Source: a virus
Taxonomy: Duplodnaviria > Caudoviricetes
IMG/VR virus record: IMGVR_UViG_3300023276_000855
Span: 1-57,468 of that record
Length of the DNA: 57,468 nt
Direction: 5' to 3' (one strand)
Each line of letters begins with the position of its first letter. Position 1 is the first letter of the stretch. Positions 18,192 through 28,538 of the stretch are shown piece after piece. Both the position numbers and the translations under genes were made by a program. The notes beneath the pieces were generated by a model. The model was not told the DNA's origin, did not search any database, and saw only the letters and a list, made by a program, of their open reading frames with translations.

Positions 18192-18375
18192 AATCTTTTA
18201 TCGGTTGTAGATCGCTTGCATTACATACATAAACATCACCATCTGTTCCTGCGTCTCTAATGGAATGTTCCCCTGCTTTGTTTAGATAAATTGTTTCCCC
18301 TTGGTTTGTATATAGAACTAAATTTGATCCTCGTTGATATACATCTCCGTTTTTAACTTTTATATTGTCTTTCAT
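18184..18375 (-). CDS. hypothetical protein
   Basis: ORF in operon context. Confidence 0.55.
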   Translation of the reverse strand: MKDNIKVKNGDVYQRGSNLVLYTNQGETIYLNKAGEHSIRDAGTDGDVYVCNASDLQPIKDYE

Positions 18376-18598
18376 ACATTGCTTTTAAATAATCCCAAAC
18401 ACCTTTTCTATCTTCTTTAGTGGCTTCTCCCTTCATCATGGATGTTGCCTTCTTTAATATCTCTTCCTGCTCCCTGTGGTATTTATCTTTCAATACACGT
18501 TCCCAAGCCCTTCCACAGAATTCGCAGGTGTCATGACTTTTTCTCAATGGAGAAAAACTGCATTCACACATCCACATTGGTTTATCGTAAATTTTCAT
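18353..18598 (-). CDS. small zinc-finger protein
   Basis: CECS...CEFC motifs; start ATG 18598. Confidence 0.55.
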   Translation of the reverse strand: MKIYDKPMWMCECSFSPLRKSHDTCEFCGRAWERVLKDKYHREQEEILKKATSMMKGEATKEDRKGVWDYLKAMYERQYKS

Positions 18599-19311
18599 TA
18601 CTTTATTTTTCTGTTTGGATGTAAAGAGAAGTGTGTAATTACCAATTTTGCATTCTTTGCATAGTATTCCGCCCACCCTTTAGATATTATACTATCTTCA
18701 ATACGATTATTAATCCCATCTATAGTAGTAATTTCAATGTCATTGATATCAACACCTACAATATCAATATAATCTCCCACCATTTTCGGGAACCCATGTG
18801 GTCCTGCTAAATAAACTTGGGCTGTACTTGGATCAACAGGGATATTCGTATAGGGACATATAATCATAGGCGATTGTTCAAATTGTTCTTTCTTGAATTG
18901 TTGTTTTATGTCTGATATTTCGGATCTCATTGCGTTCATAACACTATCCTCTCTACATTTCGCCTGTTGCTCTTTGCGAACCTCTGGACTGATTTCACCC
19001 TCTACTACGAGAGGTATAGTTTTTGCATAGGAAAAGTCTATATTAGTGCCATCCGTTCTATATAATTGAAAGTGTGGATATAGATTACCTCTACCCCATT
19101 CTATACTATCATGTATTTCTATGTTGATGTGATCTACTCCTGTACCAACCTTATCTAATGCGTTTGGATGATAATACAGTAGAGCTAATACATGTGCCTT
19201 ATCATCTTCACTTATAGTACACCCATCATCGTACTTATATAGGATATCTTTAAAGAACATTTTCATGGCTTTTTTTGTAGGGTATACTCGACCGTTTAAT
19301 TCTACTCTCAT
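18598..19311 (-). CDS. DCL/DUF3223-domain protein
   Basis: LLYYHP..KVGTGVDHI..FQLYRTDGTNIDFSY motif. Confidence 0.75.
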   Translation of the reverse strand: MRVELNGRVYPTKKAMKMFFKDILYKYDDGCTISEDDKAHVLALLYYHPNALDKVGTGVDHINIEIHDSIEWGRGNLYPHFQLYRTDGTNIDFSYAKTIPLVVEGEISPEVRKEQQAKCREDSVMNAMRSEISDIKQQFKKEQFEQSPMIICPYTNIPVDPSTAQVYLAGPHGFPKMVGDYIDIVGVDINDIEITTIDGINNRIEDSIISKGWAEYYAKNAKLVITHFSLHPNRKIK

Positions 19312-19505
19312 GTTTGTTGATCGTTTCCGCACAGTCTATCTACATAGAATGATACTTGACTTGTATTCAGTTTAGTTCCTCCTTCTCCTTCATCTTCACC
19401 ACCCCATACCAGTGTGAAATCTTCCACTTTACAATGGGCAATTACTTTAACTTCTGCATCAGGGTTGAAGCCATACAATTTGTTTATTAGTTGTTCTACT
19501 GTCAT
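19308..19505 (-). CDS. hypothetical protein
   Basis: MTVEQLINKL-type phage ORF. Confidence 0.6.
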   Translation of the reverse strand: MTVEQLINKLYGFNPDAEVKVIAHCKVEDFTLVWGGEDEGEGGTKLNTSQVSFYVDRLCGNDQQT

Positions 19506-19819
19506 ATTCTATTTTCCAATACCTCTCCTAAGCATGTTCCTCCATTATAGAACATTGTTGTGAATTCGTAAACCCCTTCTTCAACTTGTCGCACTTCAGT
19601 GATATCCATATATTCATCTTCCTTGGCATCCAACTTATATACCACGTTTTTAATGATTACATATTCCTCATAATATTCATCCAGAATTGCTTCTTGTATC
19701 GCTTCTTCTTCATAATCAACATCTTCTTTTTCCCACTCCAATTTGTGTTTAGTTGCAAACTCTCTTGGTGTAAGTTTAGTGGATGTAATCCTACCTTTCC
19801 ATATTTCCATTCTACTCAT
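19502..19819 (-). CDS. hypothetical phage protein (FYNGG motif)
   Basis: 105-aa ORF. Confidence 0.65.
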   Translation of the reverse strand: MSRMEIWKGRITSTKLTPREFATKHKLEWEKEDVDYEEEAIQEAILDEYYEEYVIIKNVVYKLDAKEDEYMDITEVRQVEEGVYEFTTMFYNGGTCLGEVLENRI

Positions 19820-19820
19820 A

Positions 19821-20036
19821 TTAATTTTCTTTTATTACATAATCTCCTGAAATGACTACCTTTTTATCCTCGTTATCCACGAACGAGGCTAACCCCTGTT
19901 CGTAGTATGGGTCGGTTACATCATGCCAGTATTTGATTGTGTTTCCACTACCACCAGCACAAAACATAACATCATATGTTTTCGTAATCACTGCCCCCTT
20001 TGGAGGGTCTATTGGTCTTGTTGGTATGTGTGGCAT
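19821..20036 (-). CDS. hypothetical protein
   Basis: ORF in operon context. Confidence 0.55.
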   Translation of the reverse strand: MPHIPTRPIDPPKGAVITKTYDVMFCAGGSGNTIKYWHDVTDPYYEQGLASFVDNEDKKVVISGDYVIKEN

Positions 20037-20653
20037 TATTCTTCTAATATTTTAAGTTTTTCTGTGAATAGTAATGCTTTTCGTGCTTTCATTAATGCAT
20101 TACCTAAATGATTTTCGCCTCTACCCCTAGCATCCCTAGCTTGAATTGGCGAACCTTTATGGTCAGGATTTTCCACTCTTGCATCATACAACTGAGAATA
20201 GAATGAATTAATATCCACTCCCCAAAAATCATCTCCCCAATGATTGACTTCTCGTAGTTCCCTTGTACCAGTTTCGATAAGCTTCTCACTAATGTCTGGA
20301 TTTCTAAAGAATTTCTCTCTAACAATGTTTTCCATAACACTTACTTTAACTCTACCCCAATCTTCCCTTAGAGGACATGTTTGTCCCCATCGTTTAACTT
20401 GAGCAGGAGTCATTGCAAATACTTCTCTGTAAAGAGCATCTCCAAACTTTGGACTGTATGCATATTCAAGAGGAAGCTTCCCCCACATATATGCATGTTC
20501 ACTCGTAATCCAACTTCTTCCCATGTATCTGAAGTGGTTACTACAGATGTGGAAGTTGGAAAGGTATCTATGTTCTTCAAAGAAACCATTGACAAATTCA
20601 TCTGTCACTTCATAGTATTCTTTGGGGCTTGTGTATATTGTTGTATCTAACAT
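20036..20653 (-). CDS. NADAR (YbiA-like) hydrolase
   Basis: LSNF, TSEHAY, LREDW, KF..L.ETG, WGDDFWG and G.NHLG.ALM motifs. Confidence 0.9.
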   Translation of the reverse strand: MLDTTIYTSPKEYYEVTDEFVNGFFEEHRYLSNFHICSNHFRYMGRSWITSEHAYMWGKLPLEYAYSPKFGDALYREVFAMTPAQVKRWGQTCPLREDWGRVKVSVMENIVREKFFRNPDISEKLIETGTRELREVNHWGDDFWGVDINSFYSQLYDARVENPDHKGSPIQARDARGRGENHLGNALMKARKALLFTEKLKILEE

Positions 20654-20889
20654 TATTTATATTTTTTATAGTTTGTTAAGTATTCTCCTAGTTCTTCTGT
20701 GGAATGCCATGTCCAATCACATTCAGGACATTGTAGATGTGTGGAATTAAAAGATCCGTTCGGTAACACAACTATTTCAGTCTTTAATATGAATTCGGAA
20801 ATAGAAGCTCCACACGACATACATTCTGGCGGCTTCTTTCTCTCTACCCTTGGTCGATTACTGCTGCGTGGTCTTCTCTTCTCGCTCAT
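20653..20889 (-). CDS. small zinc-ribbon protein
   Basis: CMSC...CPEC. Confidence 0.55.
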   Translation of the reverse strand: MSEKRRPRSSNRPRVERKKPPECMSCGASISEFILKTEIVVLPNGSFNSTHLQCPECDWTWHSTEELGEYLTNYKKYK

Positions 20890-21107
20890 GACAGGATCAT
20901 AGCCAAGACTGCGCCAATAGCAAGAAGAAACGGTAGAGCAATGAAGATATTTTTTCGAATTCTCATTCTCCTAAACTCCCTAGCGATTTCATTGGTCATG
21001 TCTATAGCCAATATATCTTCTGATATTTCATGCGTCCAATCATCTTCCAACTTTCGAACACCTTCAGTCACTTGGTGTCGTTCAATTTTAATATCTATAT
21101 TGTCCAT
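20886..21107 (-). CDS. small protein with C-terminal TM segment
   Basis: ORF with hydrophobic C-terminus. Confidence 0.55.
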   Translation of the reverse strand: MDNIDIKIERHQVTEGVRKLEDDWTHEISEDILAIDMTNEIAREFRRMRIRKNIFIALPFLLAIGAVLAMILS

Positions 21108-21464
21108 TTAGCTCTGGTGTATATTTCCAACTATTAATGGTTCGCCATCATTACCACCCAACCTATTAGTTAACCTGAATGCAGGATCATTATCTTCAGT
21201 GTCGTATGTATAACGTACTTCGATTGGATTTTCATCTTCTCTATCATATGTAATGATATCTCCAATATAAATCATATTATCCTCCTTATCAAGTTTCCCT
21301 GTAGAATTTTCATAAATGTTATCTTTATGGTTGATCAACTCACACAATACTTGGTCAGTTCCACAAGCAAGTATTATTGAAGCAGTTGTGGTGTTTTCTA
21401 CTATATATCTTTTTTCTGAAGGACTCCACACTCGTATTGTCCCCCATCTGTCATTATGTCTCAT
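21108..21464 (-). CDS. YopX family protein
   Basis: STGKLDK..IYIGDI...IVGNIHQ. Confidence 0.8.
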   Translation of the reverse strand: MRHNDRWGTIRVWSPSEKRYIVENTTTASIILACGTDQVLCELINHKDNIYENSTGKLDKEDNMIYIGDIITYDREDENPIEVRYTYDTEDNDPAFRLTNRLGGNDGEPLIVGNIHQS

Positions 21465-21808
21465 TATTTTAAGTGGCTTGTTGGGTTAATAAATTTATCG
21501 TGTAGATTCTTAGACAATGGCGAACCATATCCCCGAACATTTGTAATATCCATAACCACATAATCTGAAGTTATCTCTCCCTTATGTAGGACACTGTTGT
21601 GTAGTGTGATTGATCCTGAAGTGTATACATCTTTCTCCACACTTCTAGTTATAGAACCTTGAGCTTCATATTCTTCTCCAAAATCTTTAAGGCTCCACAT
21701 ATAATTTTTTCTAACTTTCAACTTTCGCCCTAGTGTTGGGTGGAATGTTACATATCCCATCTCTTTCCTTATAACTCTTTTGAAGCTTCTTTTATCTCTG
21801 TTTGTCAT
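21464..21808 (-). CDS. hypothetical protein
   Basis: ORF in operon context. Confidence 0.55.
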   Translation of the reverse strand: MTNRDKRSFKRVIRKEMGYVTFHPTLGRKLKVRKNYMWSLKDFGEEYEAQGSITRSVEKDVYTSGSITLHNSVLHKGEITSDYVVMDITNVRGYGSPLSKNLHDKFINPTSHLK

Positions 21809-22392
21809 TATAATACACTATCTACGATCCCATACTTAACAGATTCCTCTGCGTCCATGTATGTATCTCTATCCATTGAAGTTTTTGTTGCTTTTAATGT
21901 CTTACCGCAGTTCTTTGAAAGAATCTTAGTAAGTCTATCATTCAACTTATACATAAATCCAATTGTGCGCTCCACATCAGCAGCAGTTCCCTGTGCTCCA
22001 CCCGATACTTGGTGTACCATAACATGCGCGTTCGGTAGACATGCCCTGCTACCCTTTGAACCATTACTAAGGATCATTGCGCCCATTGATGCACAGATGC
22101 CCATACAGACAGTGTGGATGGGTGTAGTCCTTTTAATAAGATCCATTGTATCCATGATGGCAAGTCCTGCTGTTACAGAACCACCACCAGTATTAACATA
22201 CATCTGAATTGGTTTGTCTGGATCTTGCATCTGTAGGAATAGAAGCTGTGCAACAATTGCATTAGCCATTCCATCTTCAACTTGTCCTTGAACCATAATG
22301 ATTCTGTCTTTCATCAAGCGAGAATAGATATCATAAGCTCTTTCTCCTTGTCCGTCATTTTCGATTACCGTTGGTATCATGTAGTTATTCAT
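21808..22392 (-). CDS. clpP: ATP-dependent Clp protease proteolytic subunit
   Basis: [24 protein letters not shown] (Ser), MVHQ (His), DRD (Asp). Confidence 0.95.
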   Translation of the reverse strand: MNNYMIPTVIENDGQGERAYDIYSRLMKDRIIMVQGQVEDGMANAIVAQLLFLQMQDPDKPIQMYVNTGGGSVTAGLAIMDTMDLIKRTTPIHTVCMGICASMGAMILSNGSKGSRACLPNAHVMVHQVSGGAQGTAADVERTIGFMYKLNDRLTKILSKNCGKTLKATKTSMDRDTYMDAEESVKYGIVDSVL

Positions 22393-22500
22393 GTTAAAAA
22401 TATTCCTCCTAAAATTATTAGTGTGATAGCCACTAAGGACACTAAGCCTTTCAGAGCATCCATATTACCATTCCATGCGTATTGTTTATTTTGTTTCATA

Positions 22501-23133
22501 TTATTTTATAAATTTGTCCCACACTTCTTCATAACTCTTATCAAATATAATTCCATTGACTGGTTTTGTTGGTTTGATGCGAAGAACTAATGGAGGTTCC
22601 ATTTCTTCTGGAGTCCTATCACTCTTTACACTATTAAGTAGTCTTTCACAAGTTACCATATTTTCCCATGTATTTGGTCCACCTCTAGAAGTGGGAATAA
22701 CGTGATCAATGCTTAATTCATGTTTAGATAATCTCTTTCCTGTATAAGCACATGTATAGTTATCTCTTTCCCAAATATTCTTTTTGGATGGAAACATTAT
22801 TTTCTTGAAAGGAATAGTTTCGCAGTTAACATTGATTACAATCTTTGGAATAATGAATACCCCATGAGGAGTGTTTATGTAGTTTTCGTCAGATCTTGGT
22901 GTTAATTTCTTCCACTCTTCAATATTTTTATACATTGTGAAGTCGGAAAGTTCTCCATTCTCCTCTGTAATTCTGCAAGGTACTGCCCCTCCACTAAAAA
23001 GAGCGGGAATCACTGATTTCCACTCTGTTACTGCCAACGGCATCCAATTTTTATTAAGCTTTAATATTTTATATGTACTGCCTTCTTTCAACCCTTTACT
23101 AAATTGGTTATGTCTTTTGTTCAGTGTTTTCAT
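22501..23133 (-). CDS. HNH endonuclease
   Basis: RDNYTCAY..SIDHVIPTSRGG..WENMVTC..N..K. Confidence 0.9.
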   Translation of the reverse strand: MKTLNKRHNQFSKGLKEGSTYKILKLNKNWMPLAVTEWKSVIPALFSGGAVPCRITEENGELSDFTMYKNIEEWKKLTPRSDENYINTPHGVFIIPKIVINVNCETIPFKKIMFPSKKNIWERDNYTCAYTGKRLSKHELSIDHVIPTSRGGPNTWENMVTCERLLNSVKSDRTPEEMEPPLVLRIKPTKPVNGIIFDKSYEEVWDKFIK

Positions 23134-23998
23134 ATTCTTTGATTTTCTCTCCTAACTCTTTGCCAGAATATCCCTCCTTCATCAATTTGTCAACGATTAT
23201 CTTCCGCTTTACTCTTAATTCTCTGTTTTTTGCAATATTCCCTTCGATTTCATGCATCTGCATCTCCATTTCGTGATGATTAACCATCCAAGTGTAAGGA
23301 AATCCACAATCTTTATCTTCAGTTCCGTGTTTAGTTAGATATTCAAGCAGTCTCATGTACTGGGGACGCTTTTTATTACGAATTCTATCACTTGCACGAA
23401 TGTTATCTAAGGAATACATAGAAGGTTTAGACAGGTCCCAGTCTAATATGAACTTGAATAGATCTTCTTCTGAGTCGAAACCTCTAGAAATCTTGGTATG
23501 ATCCAATCTAAGTATCTGACAGATATCTTCTGGATCAGTAGACATACAAATTCTATGAGTATTTCCATCACTAGCCTTATATAATTCATAAAGTCCATGA
23601 TGTGTGAACGTCATATTGTAACGACGAGCTACTTTTCCAATCATATTTCCCAAATCACCATTGTCATAGAACAATTTTGTTGTTGCCCACTCATGATAAG
23701 GTGTTTTGATGAAGTCGATCTGTAAGTCTTGGTCTTTTCCCCAAGGCGTATGGATCATTTTACCGTTCTTTACATGTCTTTTCAACCCTAATGCTTCAAC
23801 TAAGTTGATATTAGGGTGTGAATAATACACATCTAAGTCGCCATGATCCTCTTTATCTAAGATGCCTTTAGGAAACCACACTTCTGTACATCCTACATCT
23901 TCCAATAATTGTTTTATTTCAACCTGTGTTGCTGCAAGTTCTTCATTAGAGAATCTTCTTACTGTGATTCCTAGTGGCAATAATGCTCGTCCTCCCAT
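23108..23998 (-). CDS. Pol-beta-type nucleotidyltransferase-like protein
   Basis: MGGRAL, KEDHGDLD and QIDFI motifs. Confidence 0.65.
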   Translation of the reverse strand: MGGRALLPLGITVRRFSNEELAATQVEIKQLLEDVGCTEVWFPKGILDKEDHGDLDVYYSHPNINLVEALGLKRHVKNGKMIHTPWGKDQDLQIDFIKTPYHEWATTKLFYDNGDLGNMIGKVARRYNMTFTHHGLYELYKASDGNTHRICMSTDPEDICQILRLDHTKISRGFDSEEDLFKFILDWDLSKPSMYSLDNIRASDRIRNKKRPQYMRLLEYLTKHGTEDKDCGFPYTWMVNHHEMEMQMHEIEGNIAKNRELRVKRKIIVDKLMKEGYSGKELGEKIKEYENTEQKT

Positions 23999-24233
23999 AA
24001 TTTTTATTTTTTATTGTTTTGATTAATCTCGTCGTTACCTGTTCTGCATCGAAATCTCCTTCATTATAATTATATTCGGTTAAGAAATCGTGTATGATAC
24101 TGGTTGTAATATCTAAGTGTCGTTTAAGCTTTCTCATATTTTTTATTCTATGACATAAGCTATAACTAGACTGGAACCCTTCTCTTATAAGAAAATGTTC
24201 TAAATATTTTTCTAGTCTATCATCCCTCAACAT
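23946..24233 (-). CDS. hypothetical protein
   Basis: ORF in operon context. Confidence 0.5.
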   Translation of the reverse strand: MLRDDRLEKYLEHFLIREGFQSSYSLCHRIKNMRKLKRHLDITTSIIHDFLTEYNYNEGDFDAEQVTTRLIKTIKNKNYGRTSIIATRNHSKKIL

Positions 24234-24472
24234 AATGGTTGGTTGAAGTCGGTGACTTGATATGTTGGTTGAAATAGAGATGGTTTTGTTAGGTGTTCAC
24301 GATATGTTGGTTCTTCTTGTTTCGGTTCTCTATCTGGAGTAACCTTCTTAAAAACTAAGTCAAGATGGTCAGCAATCATTTCTGCCTGCCTTTTATCTAT
24401 ATTAATTTCTCCATCTTTCCATGATAATTCTATAAAGCCCTGTAACCAGTAGCAAAATTCTCTTTCTGTCAT
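24227..24472 (-). CDS. hypothetical phage protein (FCYWLQGF family)
   Basis: Recurrent phage motif FCYWLQGF..HLDLVF.KVTP. Confidence 0.7.
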   Translation of the reverse strand: MTEREFCYWLQGFIELSWKDGEINIDKRQAEMIADHLDLVFKKVTPDREPKQEEPTYREHLTKPSLFQPTYQVTDFNQPLC

Positions 24473-24475
24473 AAT

Positions 24476-24934
24476 TTATTTATCTCCATATTCGTGTTGA
24501 ATTTCCATCCATTCAGATTTCCCCATGATGATAGATTTCAATTCTGTTTCTTCAAAATTTTCCAGATTTCTATCATCTTCCACCCAAATAAATTCATCTT
24601 TTGATACGGGAAATGATGGAGAAAAACTGGTTTGTGTCATCATTTCACAATACAATACAAACTCAATTTTATATCTATTTTCTCCAATGGTGTCCGTGAC
24701 ACGCATTTTATCAATTCTATATTTACCAACAAAACTATTTGAAATAGTTTTTAGATTTTGTAATGTGTTCTCGACACTAAATTCTTGACTGCTCATGCGT
24801 GGTGTTTGTATAATAAGATTTTCAGTTTGTTCTGTTAATATTTTTAGCTGCGTCATCACCCTCTTGAAATGACTACTATCTTTAATCTTGGAGGAATCTT
24901 CGCAAAGTGAGGGTATTGAATCTATAATAAACAT
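24476..24934 (-). CDS. hypothetical protein
   Basis: ORF in operon context. Confidence 0.55.
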   Translation of the reverse strand: MFIIDSIPSLCEDSSKIKDSSHFKRVMTQLKILTEQTENLIIQTPRMSSQEFSVENTLQNLKTISNSFVGKYRIDKMRVTDTIGENRYKIEFVLYCEMMTQTSFSPSFPVSKDEFIWVEDDRNLENFEETELKSIIMGKSEWMEIQHEYGDK

Positions 24935-25260
24935 TAATCTACCACATATTCAAGATTGAAATGTTCTGCCACTGACTGAAATAATTCCATCACCATTGTA
25001 TCTGCGTCAGAACCTTCTTCATGTTGAACTCTATCTTCCCATCGTCCACCAATAGTGTTGATTTCGTTAATAGCAGTGCCGAATACAATCTTATCTGCAT
25101 CAGTTTTAAGCTTCTCGTATGTAATAGTAAATGCAGTAATATCTACAGAAGGTTTAATCTCTACATATCGTGTCGCTGCATTAGCTCCAGCATGTTCATT
25201 TACATAGATCTCCACCGTAATAATATTTTCGTTGTGTTCATCTCTTAAAAAATGTATCAT
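24934..25260 (-). CDS. hypothetical protein
   Basis: ORF in operon context. Confidence 0.55.
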   Translation of the reverse strand: MIHFLRDEHNENIITVEIYVNEHAGANAATRYVEIKPSVDITAFTITYEKLKTDADKIVFGTAINEINTIGGRWEDRVQHEEGSDADTMVMELFQSVAEHFNLEYVVD

Positions 25261-25517
25261 ACTAAGTTATTTTCTTTTAAAATGTCTTCAATGATCTTGG
25301 GGATAGCGTCAACTCTCTCAGATAGCTCTTTTAGATCCTCTGAGTCGCCTAGAGTGACCTCAACGTACTTTTGTAGACACTGACTCAATCTGGCGTAATA
25401 AGAAGGCTCAAGGTGTGTGTAGGCTTCTCCAGTCTTCTGATGGACTCTCTCAGTTGCTTTACTGATTATCCACCCATACTTATCTTTCTCTAATTTGTAG
25501 TTTTTGTCTATGTCCAT
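25257..25517 (-). CDS. hypothetical protein
   Basis: ORF preceded by TTGACT-N16-TAGGAT. Confidence 0.6.
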   Translation of the reverse strand: MDIDKNYKLEKDKYGWIISKATERVHQKTGEAYTHLEPSYYARLSQCLQKYVEVTLGDSEDLKELSERVDAIPKIIEDILKENNLV

Positions 25518-25704
25518 AATATCTCTTGTTGAGTAGATCCTACCAAAGCTGTCCCTATAGTCAAGATCTTTCTACTATTATTTGAATTAAAGAGGCTTTC
25601 CACCTCTATTGTCGGGTTTAAGTAATTTCAGATTGACTGGGCATTAGTAATCACCGAACTATTTCCATTATCCAACTCTAGGCTTCAAGTGGATCAATAT
25701 TTGT

Positions 25705-26037
25705 CTATACATCCTTTACGAATGTCCCATCAACCATCTTACCTGTGCGCTTAGTAATAACACCAAGTGCGTCAAATAGACATTGATTAAGATCTTTCCC
25801 TGCAAATTCTGCAACATTAATTAATGTTACTAGAATGTCACCAAGATCATCTTCCAATGCATCCAAATCCATCCTCGCAACATTATCACACGCTTCCCCC
25901 ACTTCTGACACCATTTTAAGTGTCTGTGTTTTGAGATCGCTATTATCTAGGATTCCCTTATTCTTACTCCAAACGAGGACTTGTTCTTTAAGATCTTCGA
26001 ATGTTTCAGTGTGTTCTACTATTCTAGTTGTATTCAT
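25705..26037 (-). CDS. MazG-like nucleotide pyrophosphohydrolase
   Basis: KMVSEVGE..EDDLGDILVTL..RTGKMVDGTFVKD. Confidence 0.85.
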   Translation of the reverse strand: MNTTRIVEHTETFEDLKEQVLVWSKNKGILDNSDLKTQTLKMVSEVGEACDNVARMDLDALEDDLGDILVTLINVAEFAGKDLNQCLFDALGVITKRTGKMVDGTFVKDV

Positions 26038-26288
26038 ATAAATATTTTAATTAAATGGTGGAATCCATTAATAGTCCATACAACGGTTCCTATTATTGTC
26101 CCCACCAACATAATAAAGACTTTTACTTTATATGTTCTTGTTTTCTTTGTGGTTGTATCACAATTTAATAACCATATTAATAATCCCCCACTCAACCATG
26201 CACATAAATTTGCAGTTGAAAATGAGCAGAGTGTTATTAATAATTCATTCAAAATTACGCTAACTCCTGTGAGTGATGGTCTGGACAT
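26034..26288 (-). CDS. small membrane protein
   Basis: Two hydrophobic segments; operon context. Confidence 0.45.
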   Translation of the reverse strand: MSRPSLTGVSVILNELLITLCSFSTANLCAWLSGGLLIWLLNCDTTTKKTRTYKVKVFIMLVGTIIGTVVWTINGFHHLIKIFI

Positions 26289-26446
26289 TCAACTTCGTCA
26301 AATGGACAGTCTTCTAGAATGAAACCGTCAACAGTTTCAATCTTTAACAACAGACATGTGTTGATAACATTAAGTCTGTCCGTATCACCCTGTAGTTGAT
26401 ACGGACATTCATCACACTTATCGACATATTTGATTACTTTAACCAT
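26255..26446 (-). CDS. small Cys-rich protein
   Basis: CDECPY...C...CP. Confidence 0.55.
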   Translation of the reverse strand: MVKVIKYVDKCDECPYQLQGDTDRLNVINTCLLLKIETVDGFILEDCPFDEVECPDHHSQELA

Positions 26447-26989
26447 CTACTGCCACTCTGTTCTAGTAACTTGTACAGGTTTAACTTCAGTGATATACTC
26501 AAGTTCTCCACCCGCATGTGATGCATACCAACCATAAATCTTCCAATATGTTTTTCTTGTTGGGCTGTCTGCATTATGGATAGAGAATACGAACCAATAA
26601 TCATCGCCCTGACCTTCCCCCCCATATTCTTCTTTATTTTCGATAATATACTTTCCAATCTGAACACTATTATTAACTTCACCCATGAAACAGGATGGAG
26701 AGTCTTTTCTAATTCCCCATTTCTTTCGATCATCTGGATAGTCTTCTGGATAGATATCAACCCAAAGGTCAGTATCATACTCTTGTGAGTCCCAATTCTG
26801 AAAGAAATCATCCATGTCCTCTTTAGTAGGTCTATCAACAAAATCAAAGATATCGGTTTTAGCTTTCTCTTCTTCAAGTTTTACAACTTCTTGCCAATAG
26901 GAGATTTCCATTTCAGTGATTGCTTCGGGAAAGAAACCAAGTTCTTTTAGTTTCAAATATTCTTCTGTGTCTTTTAGTATGTTATTCAT
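26447..26989 (-). CDS. hypothetical phage protein (GGEGQGD family)
   Basis: YGGEGQGDDYW...GWYASH.G motif. Confidence 0.7.
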   Translation of the reverse strand: MNNILKDTEEYLKLKELGFFPEAITEMEISYWQEVVKLEEEKAKTDIFDFVDRPTKEDMDDFFQNWDSQEYDTDLWVDIYPEDYPDDRKKWGIRKDSPSCFMGEVNNSVQIGKYIIENKEEYGGEGQGDDYWFVFSIHNADSPTRKTYWKIYGWYASHAGGELEYITEVKPVQVTRTEWQ

Positions 26990-27774
26990 AATTTAATTAA
27001 TTTGTCTTTGTTTGACTCCAACAAGGTAACGTAATCGTCTGATTTGTCAAACACTAAATCAGAGTAATTTTCGATCAAAAAGAGAGACATCCAACCGCTT
27101 GACATGGTTGTGACGAATTTCTTGAGGGATTGCATGTAAGCACGACCTTTTGAATAAGGAGGCTTTCCATTTACTTGCGCAGGAATGATATATCGTTCTA
27201 GAGCTGTTACAAAGATTTCTTCCTTTGCCATTTTAACTCTATCTTCTAAAGACATTTCATTAAACTTTTCTTCAGAACACATAACACTTCCACTTTCAGG
27301 ATCAGTTAATGTTCTTTCAAATAGAGGGCGATCATAATAAGCTACTGCTTCATGAATACTATCATGATTATAATGTCTATGTACTGCGTCTTCAAAGAAT
27401 GTCTTAGAATCCTTTCCTCTTAATGGAGCTGATTCTTTTCCATGAATCTTTCTCCAACCTTTAACAAGTAGTTTATATAAAGGAACATTGATTTCATGTC
27501 CCTTTGATTGTAGAAATAAAATATCATTGATAGTCTTCTCCCAATGAATATTCCAATTTGCGTGTGCCGCTTTAAGCGTAAGCATACAATCTGGATCTAA
27601 GCAGTCAAATCCTCTATTAACCTTCAACAATTCTTCAAATTCTGGAATCCAATAACATTGAACTTCTGGAGTCATAGTATCATCATTCTCACAAATGTAA
27701 TCTAAGTCCTTTGGTTCTCTGAAGTCTGGATAGAATTGCTTAATTGCATGACTACCAATGATAATTTTTTTCAT
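26986..27774 (-). CDS. nucleotidyltransferase-like phage protein
   Basis: IIGSHA...PKDLDY N-terminus; HDSIHE..ALER. Confidence 0.65.
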   Translation of the reverse strand: MKKIIIGSHAIKQFYPDFREPKDLDYICENDDTMTPEVQCYWIPEFEELLKVNRGFDCLDPDCMLTLKAAHANWNIHWEKTINDILFLQSKGHEINVPLYKLLVKGWRKIHGKESAPLRGKDSKTFFEDAVHRHYNHDSIHEAVAYYDRPLFERTLTDPESGSVMCSEEKFNEMSLEDRVKMAKEEIFVTALERYIIPAQVNGKPPYSKGRAYMQSLKKFVTTMSSGWMSLFLIENYSDLVFDKSDDYVTLLESNKDKLIKL

Positions 27775-28031
27775 GATTTATTTGAGATGTGTTTTTGTAC
27801 TAACCAATTTCTCTCACTCCAGAATGATGCAAGAGATCCAACGTCATGTGTTGACACAGGAAACCATTGTTTATCACCTGTAGCTTTCATTCGGTCAGAT
27901 TTTTTAAGTTTGTAGTTTGTATCAGTAACTTCTTCAAAGTTTTCGCTATTTTGTGCTTCCAGTATTGTCATTTGATTTTTTAATTCCTTCTCGGCTAATA
28001 TATGTAGGTTCTGAAGTGAGTTTTGGTCCAT
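27771..28031 (-). CDS. hypothetical protein
   Basis: ORF in operon context. Confidence 0.45.
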   Translation of the reverse strand: MDQNSLQNLHILAEKELKNQMTILEAQNSENFEEVTDTNYKLKKSDRMKATGDKQWFPVSTHDVGSLASFWSERNWLVQKHISNKS

Positions 28032-28218
28032 AATGTTCTAATCCAGTGGTTTCCATAAACCTTTCTGGTTCTCCATCTCTGAATGTTAGATGCACTTGCC
28101 ATTGATCTTCTTCAGTAATATACTTTGCATCTTCAGTTGCGACCCATGCTTCTTCCATTGTATCTCTACAATAGAGCTTATCTCCCTTTTTTATATCTTT
28201 TATCGCTTTACTACTCAT
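27946..28218 (-). CDS. hypothetical protein
   Basis: ORF in operon context. Confidence 0.55.
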   Translation of the reverse strand: MSSKAIKDIKKGDKLYCRDTMEEAWVATEDAKYITEEDQWQVHLTFRDGEPERFMETTGLEHYGPKLTSEPTYISREGIKKSNDNTGSTK

Positions 28219-28538
28219 ATTAATTGTTTGTTAAGTTCTGATTCTGTCAGAATTGGTGGAATGTTTGGAGGTCTTAAATGTTCCCACCCATGTAGCCAAA
28301 TTGTTGCTCTATCATACGCCTCTCCTTCATCCATTGCTGCCATGTTGAATACGTTAATGATCCTCCATGCTTCCATGATGGCTTCTTTATATTCGCATTC
28401 GTCAGTTTGGTCAAGGAGAATCTGATTTGATCTCATTCTTTTTGAGCCACATTCAAATATATCAGTATAATCATCCCCTCCATTGGAGATGGTTTCGTAT
28501 CGATCACTATTACAGTTTGGACAATTTTCGTAATTCAT
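28215..28538 (-). CDS. hypothetical zinc-binding protein
   Basis: CPNC...FECGS. Confidence 0.6.
   Translation of the reverse strand: MNYENCPNCNSDRYETISNGGDDYTDIFECGSKRMRSNQILLDQTDECEYKEAIMEAWRIINVFNMAAMDEGEAYDRATIWLHGWEHLRPPNIPPILTESELNKQLI

Noticed and set aside
22501-23133. HNH gene as part of an intron or mobile element
   Set aside because: It is free-standing in an operon; thyA, nrdA, nrdB and gp23 appear uninterrupted.
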